Below, in pieces: positions 37,818 to 44,907 of a DNA stretch of 44,907 nucleotides. The DNA comes from Candidatus Thorarchaeota archaeon (GTDB lineage: Archaea; Asgardarchaeota; Thorarchaeia; Thorarchaeales; Thorarchaeaceae), in the NCBI GenBank assembly GCA_029858305.1, contig JAOUFI010000013.1, positions 1 to 44,907 on the forward strand. Reading direction: 5' to 3'. The translations under genes and the position numbers were made by a program. The stretch's first letter is position 1. The number at the start of each line of letters is the position of its first letter. The notes beneath the pieces are model-generated. The model searched no databases and had not been told where the DNA came from. It saw only the letters and a program-made list of their open reading frames with translations.

Positions 37818-39215
37818 GTGAGTAAGTTCGTGCCAAAAGGAGTAATGCCAGCACTTGTAACTCCATTCTCTAGAGATGGAGATATTAGCGAAGAAGGCTT
37901 CAAACAAGTCATCGATTATACTATCAGTAAGGGCGCAACAGGAGTTGTTCCAGCTGGAACGACTGGAGAGTTCTCATATATGAGAACGGAGGAGCGCAAG
38001 AAGCTCTTGAAACTTGCAGTTGAATATGTTGATGGCCGAGTTCCTATTATTGCTGGTACTGGTCAAAACAGTACTAGAGCAAGTGTACTCTTGACCAAGT
38101 ATGCTGCAGACATAGGCTGCGATGCAGCCTTAGTGATTTCACCATACTACCTGAGACCGGGTGATAAGGGATATTTTGAACACTACGCCACTGTGGCACG
38201 AAAGTCGGATTTGCCTGTAATCATGTATAATATTCCCCAATGCACTCTTGGTGTACTGAATTCTAATGTTGTCGAGGATCTTTCTGAGTTAGATAATATT
38301 GTGGGTATCAAAGATAGTAGTGGGAACATACCCTATCTACTCGAACTAATTCAGAAGGTGCAAGGTAAAATCGAGGTTATAATTGGAGCCGATGAATGCT
38401 TTATGTCCGCAGTAGCCGCTGGAGTAAATGCAGCTATTCTAGCTTCTGCAAATCTGATACCCCATATCTGGTTGGATATCATGAAAAAGGTCCGCAAGGG
38501 TAAGATCGAAGAAGCTGCGAAGCTACAGAACTCTGCACAGACTCTTGCACGTATAGTATTGAAGAATGGTGCGGCACCGCCAATCAAAGCTGGTCTTAAA
38601 ATGATGGGCATCAATGCCGGGAAATGCAGGATGCCCCTTGATACCGGAGGAACGCTCCCTCCTGAAACAAAAGAGGAAATTCGCCTGGAACTTGAAAAAC
38701 TTGGTATCATAGAAGAACTCAAGCACCCCCCAATCCAGAGGAAAATCCAAATTCTAGATGCACTAACACAACAGGGATTTGAGGTCAGAGATGCGTCAAA
38801 TATCAAACAGGGTACAGCATCCAACAATATTGTGTCAGTAGGAATTGCAGCTGGAAACAAGAACGGACCAATGGGTCGGACATTCATCAAATTGCTCACT
38901 AATGCGAAGATTGGTCATGAAGCTCTTTCTGTCATTCTCGAACCAAATCTTGCTGTCAAGCCTAGTAGTATTATGTTCCCGATCAGGAAAATCGACTCTA
39001 TGAGACAGGCATCATTGTTTTACGGTCCTGTCCAATCGGGAGTTGCACGAGCAGTGGCAACATTTCTCGAGAATGGTAAGATTCCAAGTCAATCTGTCGA
39101 AAATGATGTGATTGTTTTCGCCTTGGATGTCGACTTGAATACACGAAACCGCAGAGAAGTCACTATGGCAACTCAAGAGGCTACAGAAATTGCCTTGGCT
39201 GACATATGGAGGTAG
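37818..39215 (+). CDS. DapA-family class I aldolase fused to a Fae-like domain (paralog A)
   Basis: PALVTPF, GTTGEF, SPYY, YNIP, GIKDSSG; C-terminal GHEALSVILEPNLAVKP..FYGPVQSGVARAV; GTG 37818 with GGTGA RBS. Confidence 0.88.
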   Translation: MSKFVPKGVMPALVTPFSRDGDISEEGFKQVIDYTISKGATGVVPAGTTGEFSYMRTEERKKLLKLAVEYVDGRVPIIAGTGQNSTRASVLLTKYAADIGCDAALVISPYYLRPGDKGYFEHYATVARKSDLPVIMYNIPQCTLGVLNSNVVEDLSELDNIVGIKDSSGNIPYLLELIQKVQGKIEVIIGADECFMSAVAAGVNAAILASANLIPHIWLDIMKKVRKGKIEEAAKLQNSAQTLARIVLKNGAAPPIKAGLKMMGINAGKCRMPLDTGGTLPPETKEEIRLELEKLGIIEELKHPPIQRKIQILDALTQQGFEVRDASNIKQGTASNNIVSVGIAAGNKNGPMGRTFIKLLTNAKIGHEALSVILEPNLAVKPSSIMFPIRKIDSMRQASLFYGPVQSGVARAVATFLENGKIPSQSVENDVIVFALDVDLNTRNRREVTMATQEATEIALADIWR

Positions 39216-39221
39216 AAATAC

Positions 39222-40700
39222 ATGTACAACGGAGATTATCGTTTCAAGGGTGTATATCCCGCACTGGTTACTCCCTTTGATGAGAATGGTGTGAATGAGA
39301 AGCAGTACAGAGGTTTAATCGATTATGTAATTAAAGCCGGTGCAACTGGAATTGTTCCCTGTGGAACAACTGGTGAGTTTACCAGTATGAAGTTTGAAGA
39401 GAAAGTTGAGGCAATCCGAATCTCTTGCGAAGCTGCAAAGGGGCGTGTACCAGTTCTTGCAGGAACTGGGGCCGCGTACACTGGTGATGTTATCAAGCTG
39501 ACCAGACGTGCTTCCGAGCTTGGAGCTGCTGGAGCCCTAGTTGTTTCTCCATACTTTCTGAAACCTTCTCACAAGGAGGTCTTTGAGCATTTCGAGAAAG
39601 TGGCGAATAATAGTGATATTCCTATCTTCATTTACAACATTCCTCAAGTGACAGGAGTTCCAATGCATTGGACCCTTATTGATGGACTACGAGAGATTGA
39701 CGGAATCGCTGGTATGAAAGACTCTAGTGGTGACCTCGTCAATTTGACCACAATCCTTGTTCGTCGCCCAGAAACCTTCCAGGTTGTGGTTGGGCATGAT
39801 GAGGTAGCACTTCCAGCATTGGCATCAGGATGCGACGGAGCTATACTCGCAAGTGCGAATGTTTTCCCTGATAGATATATCAAGATGCAGACTGCATTGG
39901 CAACTGGTGATCTTAGAGAAGCTATGATCATTCAGCGGAGTATTCAGAAGACAGTTCGAATATTTGTTAACAATGGTGGCGGATTGGCAATTAAGGCTGC
40001 ACTGAATATGATTGGGGTGCCTGTGGGTATGGCTAGACCCCCACTCCTAATTGGAGACTCTCTAGGTTTTGCTGAGCTGGACGAATTGCGAGCTTGTCTT
40101 GAAGATCTTCAACTAATACCCCGAGGACCGGTTACATACAAAATGGGTAACAGATCTATCGTTGCTGAAAACTATCCTAAAGCTATTGGATTAGTACCTG
40201 ATGTCATTTCAGATCTCACTCTACTCCATGGAGAAGCACTGTTTGGTGCGAATACTGAAGTGGCTCATGTAGATCTAGTGCTTGGAATTAGAGATGGTCC
40301 ATTAAAAGAGGCTCTTGTCAAGGCGGGAAAGGTGATGGATGAACGGCACCAATCCAATGTGATTAAGGACCTTGAGCTTACCACTGTATTCTCACCGACT
40401 GTAACAATCACATCTGAGAGCCATAAGAAAATGGTATATGATGTGGCTCAAAAAGCAGTCGTAGATGCGGTAAAACGAACTATTACTGATATGATAATTC
40501 CTGAAGAGTTGATTCCCGATCTAGTACTTGTCGTGAATGTCTTTGTTCACCCAAGCGCAGCAAATCCGAAACGCGTTCATATCAACAATTTCATCGCTGT
40601 CCGTCATGCTATTAGGAGAGCCATTGAAGGGCGGCAAAGTGTTGATGAAATAATTGCACGAAAGGAGTCTGCTCGGCATCCATTTGCGTATAATCCCTGA
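39222..40700 (+). CDS. DapA-family class I aldolase fused to a Fae-like domain (paralog B)
   Basis: PALVTPF, GTTGEF, SPYF, YNIP, GMKDSSG; C-terminal GEALFG..EVAHVDLVLG..VFVHP..AIRRAIEG..RHPF. Confidence 0.9.
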   Translation: MYNGDYRFKGVYPALVTPFDENGVNEKQYRGLIDYVIKAGATGIVPCGTTGEFTSMKFEEKVEAIRISCEAAKGRVPVLAGTGAAYTGDVIKLTRRASELGAAGALVVSPYFLKPSHKEVFEHFEKVANNSDIPIFIYNIPQVTGVPMHWTLIDGLREIDGIAGMKDSSGDLVNLTTILVRRPETFQVVVGHDEVALPALASGCDGAILASANVFPDRYIKMQTALATGDLREAMIIQRSIQKTVRIFVNNGGGLAIKAALNMIGVPVGMARPPLLIGDSLGFAELDELRACLEDLQLIPRGPVTYKMGNRSIVAENYPKAIGLVPDVISDLTLLHGEALFGANTEVAHVDLVLGIRDGPLKEALVKAGKVMDERHQSNVIKDLELTTVFSPTVTITSESHKKMVYDVAQKAVVDAVKRTITDMIIPEELIPDLVLVVNVFVHPSAANPKRVHINNFIAVRHAIRRAIEGRQSVDEIIARKESARHPFAYNP

Positions 40701-40973
40701 TTTGCCATCTGGCGATCATTTCCACCAAGAGAACCACATTCACGTTCATTCATGACAATCAGAACGTAGTAGGCACGAGGAACTTCTGTGCAACCTTGCT
40801 TTGCTGTTTTGAATTGTGTGTCCAATGGCTTGAAAATTATCAATCTAGCTAATCCGTGGAAAGTCCATAAAACACATTCCACTGGGATTTAATACTTAGA
40901 ACGCTATTTGCGAAATGAGGCTTTACTTAAGGATTTGACCTACTCTGACCGGCACACTTTTCCATTCTCAAAA

Positions 40974-41792
40974 TCACTTTCTACTATCTTTTTGAATTCC
41001 AATTGCCTTTACTAACACTCCGATGGTCAACACTGGTATTGCATAACAGACCTCAGCAAAATGTGGAAATTCTCTCCAGATGTACCCATTGAAGCTTAAG
41101 GAAGGGAAACTGCTCCCGAATAATAGGATTGAGAAGGTCACGTTTGCAAGAACAGGTACCAAGAACAACCCAAGATTAATTTGTTTCTTCTCATATGCTT
41201 TCAATGCCAAGATTTGTATTATCCCGAGAATGAAGAATATATCACCCAATACAAGTAGTGGGCTTGGTAATCCCGCGAGAATTATGCTTGCATTTATATA
41301 ATAATCTCCTGTGAAAACGAAATTGTATAATGGGGATGCAATCCCAGTTAGAGTGAAATCGAACGGACCTGATATGAAGGGATTCGTGGGATAAAAACTA
41401 CCGCTAACCTGACCAAACGTCACAACACTTGGTAATAACAATCCTGCATACAAATGATAGTCGCGCGTTCTCTTAGATTGCTTTGTACTTGCTAGATTAT
41501 CAAACCATATACGGACTGGATAAAGAAGCGAAGCAATTATCAAAAGTGAAATAGCAAAATTACGAGCCTCAAAGAAACCTGGATATATCCTTACACCGAC
41601 CGCGTCCCAATACATACTTCCGGTCCTGCCTCCCCACATGTAAAATTCCACTAACATTGAAGCGACAAAGAGTGTGAATAATCCAAATATAATGAGAACA
41701 CGTATTGCCAAATAGATAACATTATCCAGATACCTTCCTAGGTTTGTTTCTAAGAATCTCTGTACTCGACTATCCATACTCAACAGAGCCAA
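40974..41792 (-). CDS. Hypothetical multi-pass membrane protein
   Basis: About 6 hydrophobic segments; TTG start with upstream GGAG. Confidence 0.6.
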   Translation of the reverse strand: MALLSMDSRVQRFLETNLGRYLDNVIYLAIRVLIIFGLFTLFVASMLVEFYMWGGRTGSMYWDAVGVRIYPGFFEARNFAISLLIIASLLYPVRIWFDNLASTKQSKRTRDYHLYAGLLLPSVVTFGQVSGSFYPTNPFISGPFDFTLTGIASPLYNFVFTGDYYINASIILAGLPSPLLVLGDIFFILGIIQILALKAYEKKQINLGLFLVPVLANVTFSILLFGSSFPSLSFNGYIWREFPHFAEVCYAIPVLTIGVLVKAIGIQKDSRK

Positions 41793-42146
41793 CTCCCGAC
41801 CTTACTCTCTCTATGAATAATCCCTTAGATGTTACTAACGATACTTACATGTCAATTTATGGTTTGTCGCAATTTGACAGAATTTTTATTTAGATTGGAA
41901 TTATTTCTATGGCCATTTGTTAAGAGTGAGTTAATCCATATAACATGATTGAGCGAGGAAATCAATATCATTAGATTTCATGATTTGTCTTTATTCCAAA
42001 ATAAGTCCACACGACCCCTAGAGCCATTCTATTGAGTTTCAAAATCCTATTTTTCTATATATACTACTTTGCACCTATGTATCTCAAGTCTTGCATCCCT
42101 CTTAGACTGTCGCGTCATCACAACATCCGTCGGAGTAACGAAGCAA

Positions 42147-42317
42147 ATGGCTGAAACCTACATTATTCGCATTGGTGACATTCCATCTCGAAAGATTCGC
42201 AAGAGAGTTCGTGGTTTCTTGGAGGATGAAGATGTCGCTGTTGTAGTTAATAATGGACAGACGTTTGGCGTGATTCTTGAAAAGAATCAGCTAATCATAA
42301 AATCTGATGATCTATAA
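42147..42317 (+). CDS. Small hypothetical protein (56 aa)
   Basis: MAETYIIRIGDIPSRKIRKRVRGFLEDEDVAVVV..; GGAG upstream. Confidence 0.55.
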   Translation: MAETYIIRIGDIPSRKIRKRVRGFLEDEDVAVVVNNGQTFGVILEKNQLIIKSDDL

Positions 42318-42399
42318 AACATTGAACATTGATTGCGATTGAGTGCCCAAATCTCTCTCCCAAAACCTCTGCCTAGCTCTAATTTGTAGGTTTCAGCCA
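42148..42399. repeat. Perfect 15-bp inverted repeat pair
   Basis: TGGCTGAAACCTACA at 42148-42162 and its reverse complement TGTAGGTTTCAGCCA at 42385-42399. Confidence 0.8.
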
Positions 42400-42597
42400 C
42401 ACAATTCTTGTTCTACTAAAATAAAAGGTGGCAAATCTCAGCCTGCTCTTGGCTCTTCATCGCTATTGCTCAGACAGGGGTAACTGCCTCATCGATTGCC
42501 ATGAATAGATGTATCATAATGCCTTATGAAACTGTCCAAAGCATAATCAGAAGCTTATTAGCAATGAATTTGTTGATTTTGAGAAGGTGTTAGATAC

Positions 42598-43737
42598 ATG
42601 CAAGAATCTAGAGTACTATCACTTCTAAAAGATCTGGTCGCAACAAACTCAGAAAATCCGCCTGGACGAGAAGATTCAGTTGCTAAAGTGCTTCGTGATC
42701 ACATGGAAGCGAATGGGATTGCATGTATTTCAGTAGGATCAAGCAAACGGCCAAATCTCATATTTTCAAGTCATGAAGGTCAACGTGGTACTCTAGTCAT
42801 GCACGGCCATATGGACACAGTTCCGATTGGCAAATTGACAGACTGGTCGTACGATCCATTCGGATCTGAAATCATTGATGGACACCTATACGGTAGAGGC
42901 GCTTGCGATATGAAAGGACCGGTCGCAGCTCTTGTAGAAACTCTCATTCTTTATGCTGAAGAAAAGCATCGTGAACCTCTACTGATTCTAGCAACCTCTG
43001 ATGAAGAAAGTGGGTGTTCTGGAGCCGAAGAGGTGGCAAGAAGCGGAAAACTTGCTGGAGTAAAATACGGAGTTTGCGCTGAACCGACAGATCTTCAAGT
43101 TCTTGTGGGTGAAAAGGGAATGTTCTGGTTCAAGGTTATTGCCACCGGTAAGTCAGCACATGGGTCACGACCGTTAGAGGGTATTAATGCAATTGAAGCA
43201 TGTATGGAAGCCATAAAGACAATAGCTTCTGCACCGTTTCCACATGATGAAGATGTGTTGCTGGGAGAACCTACATTGAATGTCGGAATGATTCAAGGAG
43301 GTATCAAGATAAATGTGGTCCCTGCAACCTGCGAAGCCCAACTTGATATGAGAACGGTAAAGGGACAAAGTCCTGAATCCTTGACCACTCAGATGAACGA
43401 TAGACTTGAATCTGCAGGCCTTTCTGACAAAATACGAATTGAATACATCCATGGAAAACCATCTGTTAGTACTCCTCAAGAATCCGAGATAGTACAAATA
43501 GTAGTGGAAGAGGTCCAGCGTGTTACAGGTATAAGACCAGCTTTGAGTTCTGCTACATATGGGACTGATTGTTCTGTCTTGCAACCTAAGTTAGGTATCA
43601 TCAATGTAATATGTGGTCCTGGTTCGATTGAACAAGCTCATCAGCCTAACGAGTTCATAAGACTTAACCAGTTACACCAATCTATTGAAGTATATCTCGA
43701 AATCGCGCGTAGATTTGACAGAAAGCGGTTCTCCTAG
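42598..43737 (+). CDS. M20 family metallopeptidase/deacylase (ArgE/DapE-like)
   Basis: SENPPG, GHMDTVP, YGRGACDMKG, DEE, EPT, GKSAHGS, GTD, GPG..AHQPNE motifs. Confidence 0.93.
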   Translation: MQESRVLSLLKDLVATNSENPPGREDSVAKVLRDHMEANGIACISVGSSKRPNLIFSSHEGQRGTLVMHGHMDTVPIGKLTDWSYDPFGSEIIDGHLYGRGACDMKGPVAALVETLILYAEEKHREPLLILATSDEESGCSGAEEVARSGKLAGVKYGVCAEPTDLQVLVGEKGMFWFKVIATGKSAHGSRPLEGINAIEACMEAIKTIASAPFPHDEDVLLGEPTLNVGMIQGGIKINVVPATCEAQLDMRTVKGQSPESLTTQMNDRLESAGLSDKIRIEYIHGKPSVSTPQESEIVQIVVEEVQRVTGIRPALSSATYGTDCSVLQPKLGIINVICGPGSIEQAHQPNEFIRLNQLHQSIEVYLEIARRFDRKRFS

Positions 43738-44519
43738 GTTCGTTTTCTTGTGGCTCTCTTTGCAATCAAACAAGCTACCGATGCGGCTCCTATTCCATTG
43801 CCAATATTTACAACTGCAAGACCTGGTGAACATGATTGTAGCATAGATGCTAGAGCTGTTTCTCCTTTGCCTCCAAATCCATAGCCGGTAGGAACTGGCA
43901 CACCTATCACTGGAATATCTATCAGAGCAGCTACAACTGTTGGTAATGCTCCTTCCATCCCTGCGAACACTATGACTGCATCAATCTCCTTTTCGATGAT
44001 TTCTTTCAAAGGTTCTATTAATCGGTGAATACCCGACACTCCTACATCATAAAATGAGAAGACCTCAACCCCCATGAGCCTTGCCAAGGCTTCAGATTCC
44101 TTGGCATATGAAATATCTGACGTGCCTGCAGTTATAATAGCTATCTTGCCTTCTATTTGCTCTAATGTCCAATCTGGAGTATGAGCAAGAGCTGTGATTA
44201 TCGGACTCTTTCCATACGACTCAAGTTTCATTCCTTCAAGACTAGACTTCAATACATTTAGCTTTTCATCGGTTAGTCTTGTGATTAAAGCAACAGCATG
44301 AGTCTTCACAATACTTCTAACTATGGGCACGATATCTGCTGCATCCTTCGATTCAGCAAAGACTACTTCCGGTACTCCACTCCGAGTCTGTCTATCCAAA
44401 TCAATTGTGGCAATACTCCCAATTTGGTCAAGTGATAATGTTCTGAGTTGTTTCTCAGCCTCATGAATAGTTACCTTGCCAGAAATCAGATCCTGGAGTA
44501 TTTTTTTCACGTCGGTCAT
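43734..44519 (-). CDS. larB: Nickel-pincer cofactor biosynthesis protein LarB (PurE-like)
   Basis: DLDRQTRSGVPEVVFAESK, TAGTSD, DVGVSGIHRL, AGMEGALP, VPTGYG, SCSPGLAVVNI motifs. Confidence 0.92.
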   Translation of the reverse strand: MTDVKKILQDLISGKVTIHEAEKQLRTLSLDQIGSIATIDLDRQTRSGVPEVVFAESKDAADIVPIVRSIVKTHAVALITRLTDEKLNVLKSSLEGMKLESYGKSPIITALAHTPDWTLEQIEGKIAIITAGTSDISYAKESEALARLMGVEVFSFYDVGVSGIHRLIEPLKEIIEKEIDAVIVFAGMEGALPTVVAALIDIPVIGVPVPTGYGFGGKGETALASMLQSCSPGLAVVNIGNGIGAASVACLIAKRATRKRT

Positions 44520-44626
44520 GAAATGCACCTAAGATAATATGGCATGTTCTGTCAGGAGAAACTTTAAAGTTGGTGTTGTGTTGATTGAGCGTACTAAGTT
44601 GTTATATCTCAGCAGAGGGGCAGCCT

Positions 44627-44907
44627 TTGATTCAGTTTATTGAACTCTTAACAGAGCCACTATCCATGATCATCATCACCTGGATTGTTGCGATTATAGT
44701 TGCTGGAATCTGGTCTCGACGACCTAAAGAAAAAGCACCTAAGACCAAAACTACAAAGGCCAAACCATCAAAGACCAAACCAGCATCTTTCAAGGGTCCT
44801 ATGATGAAACAGATTCGGAAGATGATTAGTGAAACAGAGAAAGGAAAGGAGCTTTCAGTACCTCCTGTAAGATCAAGACAAGAGATAATCACACAGATAT
44901 TCGAATC
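44627..44907 (+). CDS. 5' part of a membrane-anchored hypothetical protein running off the window
   Basis: TTG 44627 after GAGGGG; MIIITWIVAIIVAGIW TM then Lys/Pro-rich linker; no stop before the window end. Confidence 0.65.
   Translation, partial: MIQFIELLTEPLSMIIITWIVAIIVAGIWSRRPKEKAPKTKTTKAKPSKTKPASFKGPMMKQIRKMISETEKGKELSVPPVRSRQEIITQIFE

Noticed and set aside
40604-40882. 92-aa minus-strand ORF
   Set aside because: Overlaps the conserved 3' end of the DapA-Fae gene and has no motif or RBS support
42598-43737. DapE call implying a lysine DAP cluster with the DapA-like genes
   Set aside because: M20 motifs do not specify DapE; no dapB, dapD, dapF or lysA in the window; the aldolases lack the DHDPS Arg

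Overview
A gene-dense archaeal chromosomal segment. The mix of an ESCRT-III/Snf7 gene, a short histone-fold gene, a presenilin-type protease, a PAC2-like gene, a tungsten AOR and many lineage-specific hypotheticals points to an Asgard archaeon, possibly Thorarchaeia (inference). I saw no rRNA, tRNA, CRISPR array or mobile element. The strongest candidate for a new system is a tandem pair of DapA-family aldolase / formaldehyde-activating enzyme (Fae) fusion genes (37818-40700). Their two Fae domains have decayed in complementary halves, which suggests an obligate heteromer coupling an aldol reaction with formaldehyde to H4MPT C1 chemistry. Other points of interest: two look-alike stem-closed, pyrimidine-rich small-RNA candidates in the 5.4-6.3 kb gap; a ChlI-like ATPase joined by an A9 run to a membrane-anchored vWA ORF; a multi-stem leader RNA at 15301-15418; a 15-bp perfect inverted repeat over a small ORF; a CdvA-like tandem coiled coil; a tandem PH/GRAM-like protein; an Sm/Hfq-like small protein; and two large unknown helical proteins. 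All family calls come from reading motifs by eye; no database search was run.
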